A stretch of 51,134 nucleotides of DNA from Methanobacteriota archaeon (GCA_029977605.1 JAPOKN010000003.1:1-51134), one strand, 5' to 3'; shown: positions 1 to 12,120, numbered from the stretch's first letter. Made by a program: numbers and translations. Notes: generated from the letters alone by a model not told the origin.

Positions 1-355
1 CATCAGGTCCAAAGACAGCTATTGAGCTTGGGCAAAACAGTCTTTGATTATATTTCCTTGCTACCTCTAACACATTTTCCAAACCCTGCACATTTACTTT
101 CTTACACAGTTCAGGATTTTTTTCACCTGCAGCAGACAGAATTGCTGCCAAATGATAAACAACTTTGATATCATTCTCTTCATTTATTTTTTCATAGGCA
201 ATTTGATCAGTTATATCACATCCGATAAATTTCCCTTTGAAATTTTCAGGGTCCTTTAAGTCTGATGCGATGATATTTTCGTGCCCATACTTTTCTTGTA
301 ATGCAAGGACTAATTCAGTTCCAATTTGTCCTAGAGCTCCGGTTACAAGAATCAT
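1..355 (-). CDS. tdh: L-threonine 3-dehydrogenase, short-chain/epimerase-like type (N-terminal part; the gene runs off the left edge)
   Basis: Own translation of the minus strand from ATG (355-353): MILVTGALGQIGTELVLALQEKYGHENIIASDL...VVYHLAAILSAAGEKNPELCKKVNVQGLENVLEVARKYNQRLFCPSSIAVFGPD. It has an N-terminal GxxGxxG Rossmann motif and closely resembles the Thermoplasma-type SDR threonine dehydrogenase as I remember it. It is absent from the ORF track because it is open at the edge. Confidence 0.7.
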   Translation of the reverse strand, partial: MILVTGALGQIGTELVLALQEKYGHENIIASDLKDPENFKGKFIGCDITDQIAYEKINEENDIKVVYHLAAILSAAGEKNPELCKKVNVQGLENVLEVARKYNQRLFCPSSIAVFGPD

Positions 356-376
356 AATTATACAACAGATGTATTG

Positions 377-385
377 CTTTATATT
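377..385 (+). promoter_or_regulatory. Candidate archaeal TATA box in the tdh/tpiA divergent intergenic region
   Basis: CTTTATATT lies about 45 nt upstream of the tpiA ATG (427). Called by motif and position only. Confidence 0.3.
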
Positions 386-426
386 GATTCCCAAAGAGTC
401 ATTAAATGCGTTTTTCATGACAATTT

Positions 427-1101
427 ATGAGTGATGATTCTCCAATCATAATTGTTAACTTGAAAGCCTACGAAGAAGGCTATGGCGCAGACGGATATGA
501 TCTGTGTAAAATAATGGAAGAAATAGCCCTTGAACACAACGTCAATTTGGCTGCAGCAGTATCTGCAATCGACTTAGTAGATTTTAGTGATAATCTGGAC
601 ATTCCTATATTCGCTCAGCACGTAGATGGAGTAACTTATGGTTCTCATACAGGAGCTATACTGCCTGAGGCAGTTCGATATTCTGGCGCAGTAGGTACCT
701 TAGTTAATCATGCAGAATGTCAGATGACTTGGGAGGAAATTGAAAAGACCATTAGCCGTTGTAAAGAACTTGGGTTGTCCACGGTACTATGTACGGCAGA
801 CATTGAAGCTTCAGAAAAAGGGGCTAAGTTGAATCCAGATATGATCGCAGTGGAACCTCCAGAATTAATTGGCGGAGATATCTCAGTCTCAACAGCTAAG
901 CCTGAAATAATTTCGAATACAGTTGAAGTTGTAAAGAAGATTAATTCAGACATTTCAGTGCTTTGTGGGGCTGGTGTCAAAAATCAAGAGGACATATCTA
1001 AAGCAATATCTTTGGGCTCAGAAGGAATTCTTCTTGCGTCAGGTGTTGTTAAATCTCCAGAGCCAAGAAAGGTTTTACTCGATTTAATTAAAGGATTATA
1101 A
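427..1101 (+). CDS. tpiA: Triosephosphate isomerase (archaeal short form)
   Basis: 224 aa. Archaeal TIM pattern: IIIVNLKAYEEG, LVNHAE, AVEPPELIGG, LCGAGV. Confidence 0.9.
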   Translation: MSDDSPIIIVNLKAYEEGYGADGYDLCKIMEEIALEHNVNLAAAVSAIDLVDFSDNLDIPIFAQHVDGVTYGSHTGAILPEAVRYSGAVGTLVNHAECQMTWEEIEKTISRCKELGLSTVLCTADIEASEKGAKLNPDMIAVEPPELIGGDISVSTAKPEIISNTVEVVKKINSDISVLCGAGVKNQEDISKAISLGSEGILLASGVVKSPEPRKVLLDLIKGL

Positions 1102-1105
1102 TCAA

Positions 1106-1147
1106 TTTTATATACCGGCCGGAGTAGACAACCTCAGGTTGCCTACT
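1106..1147 (+). promoter_or_regulatory. Candidate groES-groEL promoter: TATA box followed by palindromes
   Basis: TTTTATATA at 1106-1114, CCGGCCGG palindrome at 1115-1122, then an imperfect hairpin AGTAGaCAACC-TCA-GGTTGcCTACT at 1123-1147. The hairpin lies where a transcription start would be expected, about 25 nt past the TATA box. The groES ATG is at 1204. Confidence 0.35.
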
Positions 1148-1203
1148 ACTTGTAATTTTTACAACAGTCAGGCCAGCCTATCCTTAATAACGGAGAAAAG
1201 AAA

Positions 1204-3137
<1,934 letters not shown>

Positions 3138-3142
3138 GGATT

Positions 3143-3616
3143 TTATCCTTTAATCTCTTTCAATCTTTCGAAAACCGCTTTTGCGTGGCCGCGAGCCTTG
3201 ACTTTTGTCCAGGCTTCGGCTACCAAACCATTCGGATCTATTAGGTAAGTAGTTCGAACTACTCCCATGTAGGTTTTACCATACATTGACTTTTCTTGCC
3301 ATACTCCGTAGTCGGCAAGCATTTGTTTTTCAGTGTCAGCTAGTAATTCCATACCTAGTCCATGTTTGTCTATGAATTTACAGTGCTTAGCTGCAGTATC
3401 AGGGCTTATTCCTACTATAACTGCATCCTCACTTGTAAAATTATCTAATTCTTCTGTAAATTCTTGAGCCTCTACAGTACATCCTGGAGTGTCATCTCGA
3501 GGATAAAAATAAGCAACTAACCACTTACCATTGTAATCATCTAAAGTTTTGTTTTCTTCATCTTGATTTGGTAATTCAAATTGTGGAGCCTTTTTTCCAA
3601 CTTCTAATATTGTCAT
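3143..3616 (-). CDS. bcp: Thiol peroxidase / peroxiredoxin, Bcp (PrxQ) family
   Basis: 157 aa. Thioredoxin-fold peroxiredoxin pattern with the peroxidatic Cys in YPRDDTPGCTVEAQEF. Confidence 0.85.
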   Translation of the reverse strand: MTILEVGKKAPQFELPNQDEENKTLDDYNGKWLVAYFYPRDDTPGCTVEAQEFTEELDNFTSEDAVIVGISPDTAAKHCKFIDKHGLGMELLADTEKQMLADYGVWQEKSMYGKTYMGVVRTTYLIDPNGLVAEAWTKVKARGHAKAVFERLKEIKG

Positions 3617-3645
3617 ACATTTCAGTAGGCTACGATAGATATACG

Positions 3646-5190
3646 TTACAGTGGGATGTTTCCGTGCTTTCTTTTAGGTCTATTTTCTCTTTTGTTACCA
3701 TATCTTTCTAATCCTAAAATCAACTCTTTTCTAGTTTCTCTTGGGAATATTACTCTGTCAATATATCCCATTTCAGCAGCAACATACGGAGAGGCAAATT
3801 TTTCTTTGTAATTATCACTTAATTCTTTGTGAGCCTTAACAGGATCATCAGCTTCTCCAATATCCTTTCTAAATATAATATTTACAGCACCATCAGCTCC
3901 CATAACTGCAATTTCAGCAGTAGGCCATGCTAGATTCAAATCTGCACGTATGTGTTTGGAAGCCATAACATCGTATGCTCCGCCATATGCTTTTCTTGTT
4001 ATTACAGTTAGTTTAGGAACTGATGCCTCTGAGAATGCATACAGTAGCTTAGCGCCATGTCTGATAATTCCTCCGTGTTCTTGTTCAGTACCCGGAAGGA
4101 ATCCAGGCACATCGACAAAAGTAACTAAAGGAATGTTAAAAGCATCACAGAATCTAACAAATCTTGCGGCTTTTGATGAGGCATCAATATCTAAACATCC
4201 TGCTAAAACAGAGGGCTGATTAGCTACAACACCAATAGGGTGTCCGCGCAATCTTCCAAAACCAGTGATTATATTTTTAGCCCAGTGAGGCTGTACTTCG
4301 AAAAGATCCTCATCGCAAATTAAGTTAATCAAACTTAACATATCATAAGGCACAGTTGAATTGTCTGGGATAATCTCATCTAATTCAGAGATTCCATCGG
4401 GTTCTTCTTTTGTGTAAGGAAGAATAGGTAAGCTTTCCATATTATTTTGAGGTACATAACTGATTAGTTCTCTTAGAGATTCGAACATATCCTCTTCTGA
4501 TTCGCAAGCTAAATGCGCAACACCAGAAACTGAGTTATGAGTTATTGCACCTCCAAGATCTTCAAAAGTTACTTCTTCATGAGTTACAGTTTTGATAACA
4601 TCAGGTCCTGTGATAAACATGTGACTCGTGTCCTTTACCATTAGTGTAAAATCGGTCATTGCAGGACTGTAAACAGCTCCACCAGCACATGGTCCCAAGA
4701 TTAGTGAAAACTGTGGAATAACTCCTGAGGAAGAAACGTTTCTATAGAATATTTCGGCGTATCCTCCAAGACTTACCACACCCTCTTGTATTCTAGCACC
4801 TCCAGAGTCATTAAGTCCAATCATTGGACAACCTGTTTTCGCGGCTAAGTCCATTACTTTGCATATTTTTTGGGCATGAGCTTCTCCTAATGCTCCTCCG
4901 AATACTGTAAAATCCTGTGCAAAAAGATAGACTGTTCTTCCATTAATTGTACCGTGGCCAGTCACTACTCCGTCTCCATCGGGTCTCTTCTTCTCTAATC
5001 CAAAATTATTGCTACGATGCTTTACCATAGCATCCAATTCTACAAATGAATCTGCATCTAATAATGCGTTAATTCTTTCTCTTGCGGTCATCTTTCCAGC
5101 TTTATGCTGTTTATCAATTCTAACTTGGTCTCCCTCTGAAACTTTCTTGAGTTTTTTCTCAAGTTCTTTAATTTTATCAGATGTACCCAT
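3646..5190 (-). CDS. Acyl-CoA carboxylase carboxyltransferase subunit (propionyl-CoA carboxylase beta / methylmalonyl-CoA carboxyltransferase family)
   Basis: 514 aa. Canonical pattern: [67 protein letters not shown]. Confidence 0.9.
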   Translation of the reverse strand: MGTSDKIKELEKKLKKVSEGDQVRIDKQHKAGKMTARERINALLDADSFVELDAMVKHRSNNFGLEKKRPDGDGVVTGHGTINGRTVYLFAQDFTVFGGALGEAHAQKICKVMDLAAKTGCPMIGLNDSGGARIQEGVVSLGGYAEIFYRNVSSSGVIPQFSLILGPCAGGAVYSPAMTDFTLMVKDTSHMFITGPDVIKTVTHEEVTFEDLGGAITHNSVSGVAHLACESEEDMFESLRELISYVPQNNMESLPILPYTKEEPDGISELDEIIPDNSTVPYDMLSLINLICDEDLFEVQPHWAKNIITGFGRLRGHPIGVVANQPSVLAGCLDIDASSKAARFVRFCDAFNIPLVTFVDVPGFLPGTEQEHGGIIRHGAKLLYAFSEASVPKLTVITRKAYGGAYDVMASKHIRADLNLAWPTAEIAVMGADGAVNIIFRKDIGEADDPVKAHKELSDNYKEKFASPYVAAEMGYIDRVIFPRETRKELILGLERYGNKRENRPKRKHGNIPL

Positions 5191-5264
5191 TAGTCTCCTA
5201 TCAGCCCTATTCTATAACTTTGTGCCTCCCCAAAATACTTAACATACACCTTCGATGAGCTAAT

Positions 5265-6521
5265 GTGGCAAAAGGCGTCAAAGGTACACGTGATTTTTAT
5301 CCCGAGGAGATGAGACTTCGGAATTGGTTATTCGATAATTTCACATATGCTTCACTTTTACATGGTTTTGAGGAGTACGATGCACCGGTTTTAGAAAATG
5401 AAGATCTTTACACCAGAAAACAAGGTGAAGATATAGTAAAGCAGTTGTATAATTTCAAAGATAAGGGAGATAGAAAGGTTAGCTTACGTCCTGAAATGAC
5501 TCCTTCATTAGCCAGAATGGTAATGTCTCGTGCAGGTGTTCTTCCAATGCCTATCAAATGGTTCTCTATTCCTCAATGCTGGCGTTACGAAAGAATGCAA
5601 AAGGGAAGAGGCCGCGAGCACTTCCAGTGGAATGTAGATATTTGGGGAACTAGTGAAATTTCAGCAGATGCAGAATTATTTTCTGTCATTACAACATTCC
5701 TCGAAGGCGTTGGATTAACTGAAGAAGATGTAGTTATTCGAGTTAGCAGTAGAAAAGTTCTGGAGGAGGTTTTAGGTTCTTTAGGCATAGAGGGAGATGC
5801 GTTTGCTCAAACATGTATTATTGTTGACAAAATGGATAAACTGTCTCCAGAAGTAATTAATGAGCAGCTAACAGAATTAGGTCATAGTTCAGAGGTTATT
5901 TCAAAAATACAATCGACTTTAGGATTAAAACATCTTAATTCATTAAAGAAAGTTCTAAAGCCAGATAGTGAGGCGCTAAAAGAATTGACAATATTATTCG
6001 AGGCGATTGAGTCTTATGGAATTTCAGACTGGGTTGAATTTGATGGTTCTATTGTTAGAGGTCTTGCATATTACACAGGTTCCGTTTTCGAAGTTAATGA
6101 TCGAAAGGGGAAGTTTAGGGCAATTTGTGGTGGAGGAAGATATGACAAGCTTTTGTCAACATTAGGTGGGAAAGATTTACCAGCCACAGGATTTGGATTT
6201 GGGGATATGGTAATTATGGAACTTTTAAAGGATAAAAATTTGCTTCCGCAATTACTAAGTGGAGTTGAAGATGTGGTAATTGCTTTAGATCCAGAACTAA
6301 AAAATGTGGCTGTAAAAGTAGCTTCAGTGTTAAGAGATTCGGATAGATTAGTAGATTTAGTTTTAGAGAATAAGAAGATGAAATGGGCGTTTAAGCATGC
6401 AGAACGTGTTGGTGCCAATAGAATAATTCTTGTTGCTCCAGAAGAATGGAAACGTCAGAAAATTAAGGTTAAAGATTTACAGAGCGGTGAAGAGTTCGAA
6501 ACTACCCTAGAGGAAATCTAG
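5265..6521 (+). CDS. hisS: Histidine--tRNA ligase
   Basis: 418 aa, GTG start. Class II HisRS motifs: VKGTRDFYPEE, SLRPEMTPSLAR, WRYERMQKGRGREHFQWNVD, GGGRYD. Confidence 0.9.
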   Translation: MAKGVKGTRDFYPEEMRLRNWLFDNFTYASLLHGFEEYDAPVLENEDLYTRKQGEDIVKQLYNFKDKGDRKVSLRPEMTPSLARMVMSRAGVLPMPIKWFSIPQCWRYERMQKGRGREHFQWNVDIWGTSEISADAELFSVITTFLEGVGLTEEDVVIRVSSRKVLEEVLGSLGIEGDAFAQTCIIVDKMDKLSPEVINEQLTELGHSSEVISKIQSTLGLKHLNSLKKVLKPDSEALKELTILFEAIESYGISDWVEFDGSIVRGLAYYTGSVFEVNDRKGKFRAICGGGRYDKLLSTLGGKDLPATGFGFGDMVIMELLKDKNLLPQLLSGVEDVVIALDPELKNVAVKVASVLRDSDRLVDLVLENKKMKWAFKHAERVGANRIILVAPEEWKRQKIKVKDLQSGEEFETTLEEI

Positions 6522-7792
6522 ACTTCACATTCACTTAACGGTTTATCATTTCTAGTTCTAACAATTATGGGGAATTCAAAACATAATTGTCCCTTATTAT
6601 TTCTCTCTTGTCTACGCTGATATTCCAGTTCAACAACGAACCAATCTTCTTCTTTGAGTTCAGTTTTCTCTAACTTGTATCCTTTTTCTAATAATTCAGA
6701 AGTGACAATGTCCATGTTTTCTTCACCTAGTCTTCCACCTCCTGCCCATCCACAGTCTACAAGGACGGGTTCATCGAAAAAGGGGCTGTTTTCATATTGA
6801 GCTAGTCTAAATCTTGCAAAACGAACTTCATGTTTTCCAGAACCATTTGATACTTTTGTAACAATACAATCGGTTGTCTCTATGAATTTAAATTTATACG
6901 AACCTTTTCGTTTTGGTTTACCATTCATCGTATAGGTAATCTGATCATCGGCTTTTCTGAGAATAAATCCTTCCCAATCGTTTTCTTTCGCTTGATTAGC
7001 TAGTTTCTCAGTAAAAGTTTCAATTTTTCTCTCACCAAAATGATTAGTCAATTCTAATCTTTCGAGGAAAGTTCGGTCGGTAACATCTTCTCCATACCAA
7101 AAAATGACATCAAAAACATTGTAAGTGAACGTATATCCTTCTGTAATCAATGAATTATATTTATTTTTTGCCTTAGCTTCAGTAGTAGTCTCAGTAGTTA
7201 CAGCCTTCAGAACTTTTGGATCTTCTTTTCCATCCTTATCGAATGCAATTAATTCTCCTATGATTAATGATTCTTCTGGTAATTTTTCTAAAGCATTTCT
7301 TATTTCATTAACAACACTTAGGATTTCTGTAATTGGCTTAATTCTTCTAGTATAACCTATTTTTTCAGTTCCAGTATTGTGTAAAAGTATACAAGAGCCA
7401 TCAAATTTTCTTTCAGCTAGCCAGTCTCCATCGTAAGGATCATCATCTTTTTTCAGTTTACTAATTGGTTTACATGGTGCAAAGGACTGAGTTAATGTTG
7501 AACTGACAACAATTTCCTCACCTAGAATCGCATCTTCACGGTTTTCTACATAACCTTCTTCTTTTTTCTTCTTGATTTTTCTTTCGTATTCAAGAATAGC
7601 TTGTTCGTTATCTGTAGTTTCGTTACTTCTACCTTTGTTTTTACCGTGTACAGTCTCTTCAGTAATTTGTTTCTTTCCGTCTTCTTCCTCTTTTGATGTC
7701 CACCATTCTGTAATAATTACATTATCTTTGACTTCAATAATCATATGTTTTAGCCTCCCAGTCAAGTGTAATTGGTACAATGTAGTTTTCAT
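6518..7792 (-). CDS. ATP-dependent DNA ligase, short (about 424 aa) form with a distinct N-terminal module
   Basis: Nucleotidyltransferase motif I AERKFDGSCILL (KxDG), then IIGELIAF, EGFILRK and a SYKFKF-type motif V, followed by an OB-like C-terminus. The first 130 aa or so (...TVHGKNKGRSNETTDNEQAILEYERKIKKKKEEGY) resemble the WGR-like N-terminal module I recall from phage-type ligases. I start it at ATG 7792 (MKTTLYQL) because the track's longer ORF runs into tRNA-His. Confidence 0.75.
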   Translation of the reverse strand: MKTTLYQLHLTGRLKHMIIEVKDNVIITEWWTSKEEEDGKKQITEETVHGKNKGRSNETTDNEQAILEYERKIKKKKEEGYVENREDAILGEEIVVSSTLTQSFAPCKPISKLKKDDDPYDGDWLAERKFDGSCILLHNTGTEKIGYTRRIKPITEILSVVNEIRNALEKLPEESLIIGELIAFDKDGKEDPKVLKAVTTETTTEAKAKNKYNSLITEGYTFTYNVFDVIFWYGEDVTDRTFLERLELTNHFGERKIETFTEKLANQAKENDWEGFILRKADDQITYTMNGKPKRKGSYKFKFIETTDCIVTKVSNGSGKHEVRFARFRLAQYENSPFFDEPVLVDCGWAGGGRLGEENMDIVTSELLEKGYKLEKTELKEEDWFVVELEYQRRQERNNKGQLCFEFPIIVRTRNDKPLSECEV

Positions 7793-7825
7793 GCTAAAAC
7801 CTCTATAATTTAGTACTATAAAAAA

Positions 7826-7903
7826 TGGGGCGAAGCCCGGGAATCGAACCCGGGACGAGGGAACCACAATCCCCCAGTTTAACCAAACTAGCCTAGCTTC
7901 GCC
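7826..7903 (-). tRNA. tRNA-His (anticodon GUG) with genome-encoded G-1 and CCA
   Basis: Reverse complement: G-GCGAAGC-TA-...-GGGGA-TTGTGGT-TCCCT-CGTC-CCGGG-TTCGATT-CCCGG-GCTTCGC-C-CCA. It has a 7-bp acceptor stem, a 7-nt anticodon loop with GTG, a TTCGATT T-loop, and an extra 5' G opposite discriminator C. Confidence 0.9.
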
Positions 7904-7928
7904 ACTATTTCATGACTGGCAAGGCATT

Positions 7929-7938
7929 ACATAAAATT
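7929..7938 (-). promoter_or_regulatory. Candidate TATA box for tRNA-His
   Basis: The minus strand reads AATTTTATGT about 26-35 nt upstream of the tRNA 5' end (7903). Confidence 0.3.
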
Positions 7939-7947
7939 ACTTGAGAA

Positions 7948-9564
7948 TTAGATAATATCCTTAGGCCTATATTCGCCCCAGACCTTACGGAGTGAATTAC
8001 AAATTTCACCGAGACTAACTTTAGCATTAACAGCTTCAATTATGTGGGGAAGTAAATTTTCATCAGTAGTAGCGTATTGAGCTATCTTATCAATATATTC
8101 TTCTACATTTCCTCTTTTTTCTTTTAAAATTAATAATTTCCCAATTTTTTCTTTAATTAATTCTTCATTTATCTTCGTAACTTCACTCTTAGCGTCTTCC
8201 TCATCGATGTATTTGTTTACGCCTACTATGATTCTTTCGTTCTCTTCAATTTCTCTTTGATATTTGTATGCTGAATCCATGATTTGGGATTGAACCCATC
8301 CCTCTTCAATGCATTGTAGCATACCTCCATTCGTGTCAATTCTCTCTATAATCTCCATAGTGTTTGTAACTAGTTCTTCAGTCATACTTTCAATAGTATA
8401 AGATCCAGCAAGTGGGTCTATGGTGAATGGAATTCCGGATTCTTCGGCAATTATTTGCTGTGTTCGGAGGGCTACTCTAGCAGCTTTTTCAGAGGGTAAT
8501 CCTAAAGCTTCATCCATTGAATTGGTATGTAGACTTTGAGTCCCTCCTAAGACTGCAGATAAGGCTTGAATTGCGGTTCTAACTACGTTGTTGTGAGGTT
8601 GTTGTGCAGTTAGTGTAGATCCTCCAGTCTGAGTATGGAATCTTAGCATCATTGATTTCTCATTTTTAGCGTTGAATTCTTTTTTCATTATTCGAGCCCA
8701 AATTTGCCTTGCAGCTCTATATTTTGCTATTTCATGAAGAAAATCGTTGTGTCCGTTAAAGAAGAAAGCCATTCTTGGTGCAAAGTCATCGACATCCAAA
8801 CCTTTTTCGACGGCAGCTCTCGCATATGTTACTCCATTTGCAATAGTAAATGCTAATTCTTGTTCAGTACTACACCCAGCCTCTCTTATGTGATAACCAG
8901 AAACAGATATGGTATTCCATTTAGGTATGTTTTTACTACAATATTCGAATACATCAGTAGTTAATCTCATAGATTGCTCAGGAGGAAAAATGTACGTTCC
9001 TCTAGCAATATATTCTTTCAAAATATCATTCTGTATAGTTCCTCTAAGTTGAGATTCTTTCACTCCTTGAGATTGTCCGGTAGCAACGTACATTGCTAAC
9101 AACATTGATGCTGGAGCATTGATTGTCATACTAGTCGAAACGGTATCAAGTGGAACTCCATCAAACAATTGTTTCATATCTTCAATAGTATCAATTGCAA
9201 CACCAACTTTCCCTACCTCACCTTGTGACATTGGATCATCACTATCATATCCGATTTGTGTAGGTAGATCAAATGCTACAGATAATCCAGTTTGACCTTC
9301 ATCTAGTAAATATCTGAAGCGTTTGTTTGTTTCTTCAGCAGTACCAAAACCAGCGTATTGCCTCATGGTCCACATTTTACCTCGGTATCCAGTAGGATGT
9401 ATTCCTCGAGTATATGGGAAAGAACCGGGAAATTCGGGTTCTGTATTTTTCACGTCTTCTGGAACGTTAAGTCTTTCTCTTTCATCTAACAATGCTTCTT
9501 TTCTTTCAGGGTATTTCTCGAGAGTTGGTTTAAGTGTCTCATCTTCCCATTGTTTTTTACTCAT
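7948..9564 (-). CDS. Methylmalonyl-CoA mutase, large catalytic subunit (no B12-binding domain)
   Basis: 538 aa. [54 protein letters not shown] is the typical MCM catalytic-domain signature. Confidence 0.9.
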   Translation of the reverse strand: MSKKQWEDETLKPTLEKYPERKEALLDERERLNVPEDVKNTEPEFPGSFPYTRGIHPTGYRGKMWTMRQYAGFGTAEETNKRFRYLLDEGQTGLSVAFDLPTQIGYDSDDPMSQGEVGKVGVAIDTIEDMKQLFDGVPLDTVSTSMTINAPASMLLAMYVATGQSQGVKESQLRGTIQNDILKEYIARGTYIFPPEQSMRLTTDVFEYCSKNIPKWNTISVSGYHIREAGCSTEQELAFTIANGVTYARAAVEKGLDVDDFAPRMAFFFNGHNDFLHEIAKYRAARQIWARIMKKEFNAKNEKSMMLRFHTQTGGSTLTAQQPHNNVVRTAIQALSAVLGGTQSLHTNSMDEALGLPSEKAARVALRTQQIIAEESGIPFTIDPLAGSYTIESMTEELVTNTMEIIERIDTNGGMLQCIEEGWVQSQIMDSAYKYQREIEENERIIVGVNKYIDEEDAKSEVTKINEELIKEKIGKLLILKEKRGNVEEYIDKIAQYATTDENLLPHIIEAVNAKVSLGEICNSLRKVWGEYRPKDII

Positions 9565-10273
9565 TTCTTGGCCTCTCGAAGCGTTTAATATATTTTAGCA
9601 TTTTGGCATGTAATTCATCAGATTTTTGTTTAGCTTCTCCAGGTTTAATTGTAATCGGATCTAGCCAAAAGCAGTAAACATTTGTTCTAATCTTATTCCT
9701 GTAAAAATCAATCATACTTCCCAAGACATCTTTATCATTTCCATTACTAGACCAATCCACACTTGGATTATCAAAACAAAATACTAGAGGCTGTATTGGC
9801 ATTCCACTATTTTCAGCAGCTTTGAAAACACCCATTTTGAAAGGATAAAGTTCTCCAAACGGAGAAGTTGTTCCCTCAGGGAATATCCAAAGGGGTTTGT
9901 TTACCGCATCCCATTTATTCAACTGGTCAATTACACTACTTCTCGATTTCTTCTTCTCTCTTTTTACCCATAAAACTCCAAGTTTTTGACCTATAGGTCC
10001 GAATAGTAGATAATCTTTAATTTCTCTTTTCGCAACAGCGCCGCCTGCTTTCAAAGCTAGAACAAGCACAGGATCAAGGTAGCTAGTGTGATTTGGAACT
10101 AGAAAGCCTGGTTGAGGTTTTCCGTGTACATAAATTTTTGTGTTATAACGTTTCATTAGCCTTCTACACCAATTCGTTACATTTTTGCGATATTCTTCTT
10201 GTGAATAAAAGGGAATTTCTAATCTAAGTCTGATTAAAATGTAAATGAAATATAATATTTCGATTATCCACAC
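9557..10273 (-). CDS. PlsC-like 1-acyl-sn-glycerol-3-phosphate acyltransferase family protein (LPLAT superfamily)
   Basis: 238 aa with an N-terminal hydrophobic segment and a GTG start. HX4D motif [15 protein letters not shown] motif, and IQPLV motif. Its 3' end overlaps the mutase start by 8 nt. Confidence 0.75.
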   Translation of the reverse strand: MWIIEILYFIYILIRLRLEIPFYSQEEYRKNVTNWCRRLMKRYNTKIYVHGKPQPGFLVPNHTSYLDPVLVLALKAGGAVAKREIKDYLLFGPIGQKLGVLWVKREKKKSRSSVIDQLNKWDAVNKPLWIFPEGTTSPFGELYPFKMGVFKAAENSGMPIQPLVFCFDNPSVDWSSNGNDKDVLGSMIDFYRNKIRTNVYCFWLDPITIKPGEAKQKSDELHAKMLKYIKRFERPRNE

Positions 10274-10315
10274 AGTATGCCTATGGCTTACTTGTTAAAA
10301 AGAAAACCTTTTACT

Positions 10316-10930
10316 CTAAATTAATGGAGCTTCGAAGTCGTCTATGGTTTCTTCAAGGTCTTCGTCTGCAGCTAATTCACCTCTTATTCTCAAGATTTCT
10401 CTTGATAATAACCAGTAAATTAAAGCTAGAGATCTTCTTCCTTTATTATTTCCAGGAATTACAATATCTACGTTGGTAGTTAGATTGTTAGAATCACACA
10501 TTGCAATTACAGGGATTTTAATGTTTGTAGCTTCTCTGAAAGCTTGTGCATCTGCAGCAGGATCAGTTAGAATAATTACTTTTGGTTCAATAAAGAATCG
10601 CATTTCTGGATTTGTTAATCTACCTGGAGTAAAACGTCCGGCAATACATTCGAACCCACAGCTTTCTGCAAACTTTTTTGCAGGTTTCCATCCATATTGT
10701 CTTGCAGAAACCACTAGTACATCTTTAGGGTCAAAATCTTTTAGGAATTGAGCAGCTTCTACTACTTTTTCAGAGGTCATATTGACGTTGAGTATCCTCA
10801 ATCCATCGTCTCTAACTTTGTAGACATAAGGCTCCATATCCTTACTTTTCTGTTTGGTTCCAATGTGGACTCCACAAGTGAGGAAAGTATCCTCATCGAT
10901 GAGCAGTTCTTTTGCTTCGACTTCGGTCAT
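10316..10930 (-). CDS. rps2: 30S ribosomal protein S2 (uS2)
   Basis: 204 aa. Archaeal uS2 pattern (GVHIGTKQKSKDMEPYVYKVRDDGLRILN...VIPGNNKGRRSLALIYWLL). Sits in the conserved rpoK-eno-rps2 arrangement. Confidence 0.9.
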   Translation of the reverse strand: MTEVEAKELLIDEDTFLTCGVHIGTKQKSKDMEPYVYKVRDDGLRILNVNMTSEKVVEAAQFLKDFDPKDVLVVSARQYGWKPAKKFAESCGFECIAGRFTPGRLTNPEMRFFIEPKVIILTDPAADAQAFREATNIKIPVIAMCDSNNLTTNVDIVIPGNNKGRRSLALIYWLLSREILRIRGELAADEDLEETIDDFEAPLI

Positions 10931-12120
10931 AGGAATTTCTCGCTGATTCGGACCAGTTCATTAAGCTTTGCAATCCTTTCTCCACCCATAATTCCCGTTT
11001 TAATTGCGTGAGATTCAAAGGCAACGCCAAGGTGGGCAATAGACGAATCTGTAGTTTCTCCGCTGCGATGTGAGATAACTGTAGCCATCTCGGCACCTTT
11101 AGCCATTTCTACAGCTTTGATGGTATCTGTTAATGTACCTATTTGGTTTGGTTTAATCAAAATTGAGTTAGTTGATTTCTTTTCTATACCTTCTTTTAAT
11201 CTTTCAGAATTAGTAACGTACAGGTCATCCCCAATAATTAGAGAGTCCGTTTGATCAGTTAGAGATGCCCATGATTCAAAGTCGTTTTGGTCGAGTGGAT
11301 CTTCTACCGAGTGTAAATCATATTCTTCAATTAATCCCAACATGAAATCAACCTGTTCTTCAGGTGAAAGTGTCTGTTCCTTATACACATATTTTCCATT
11401 CTTATAAAATTCACTAGCAGCTACGTCTAAACCAGTTCTTACTTCAACTCCAGTTTCTTTCTGAACGTTATCAACAGCTTTTGTAACAAGTTCTAATGCT
11501 TCTACATTTTCTAATGGTGCAACCCAAGCACCTTCGTCACCTTTACCTAGCGCAATATTAGGAAATTTTCCTTTTAAAATTTTAGCTACTTCTTTATGAA
11601 CTGCAGCATTAGTTTCAATTGCAGTATTAACATCATTATCAAAAGAAGTAACTAGATATTCTTGAATATCTGTACCTCCAATCGCGTGAGCACCTCCGCC
11701 AAGTACGTTTGACATTGGAGCTGGAATCGAGTAAGATTTGGTTTTACTAACATGCTCGAATAGTGGAATATTTTTTGAGTCGGCTGCGGCTTTTGCACAT
11801 GCTAAGGATAGTGCTACAGTAATATTTCCACCTACATTTTGTAAATTTTTAGTTCCATCTTTATCTTTGATTGTTTGATCAAAAGTTTCTTGATCATTAG
11901 AGGCAATTCCTATTAGGGATGGAATGACGTTTTCTTTTGCATTACTTATTCCTAAATCGACATTATTTTTAGGCCAAGCTTGAGCCTCAAAGGTTCCTGT
12001 CGAAGCACCAGCTGGAGCTGCAGCTCTACCAAATCCTTCATTAGTTACAATGTCAGCCTCTACAGTAGGATTTCCTCGAGAATCTATGATTTTTCTAAGA
12101 TTAATGCCTTTGATAATCAC
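10927..12120 (-). CDS. eno: Enolase (phosphopyruvate hydratase)
   Basis: 397 aa. DSRGNPTVEADI, IKPNQIGTLTDT, SHRSGETTDS. Confidence 0.92.
   Translation of the reverse strand: MIIKGINLRKIIDSRGNPTVEADIVTNEGFGRAAAPAGASTGTFEAQAWPKNNVDLGISNAKENVIPSLIGIASNDQETFDQTIKDKDGTKNLQNVGGNITVALSLACAKAAADSKNIPLFEHVSKTKSYSIPAPMSNVLGGGAHAIGGTDIQEYLVTSFDNDVNTAIETNAAVHKEVAKILKGKFPNIALGKGDEGAWVAPLENVEALELVTKAVDNVQKETGVEVRTGLDVAASEFYKNGKYVYKEQTLSPEEQVDFMLGLIEEYDLHSVEDPLDQNDFESWASLTDQTDSLIIGDDLYVTNSERLKEGIEKKSTNSILIKPNQIGTLTDTIKAVEMAKGAEMATVISHRSGETTDSSIAHLGVAFESHAIKTGIMGGERIAKLNELVRISEKFL

Noticed and set aside
237-434. 65-aa + strand ORF in the track
   Set aside because: It lies antisense to the well-supported tdh N-terminus (1-355) and runs across the tdh/tpiA promoter region. 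It has a low-complexity hydrophobic translation and no motif, so it is spurious.
7793-7867. N-terminal 25-aa extension of the ligase ORF (track start 7867)
   Set aside because: The extension overlaps the 3' part of tRNA-His (7826-7903) and translates as MVPSSRVRFPGFAPF..., which is the tRNA read as protein. The ATG at 7792 gives a sensible N-terminus.
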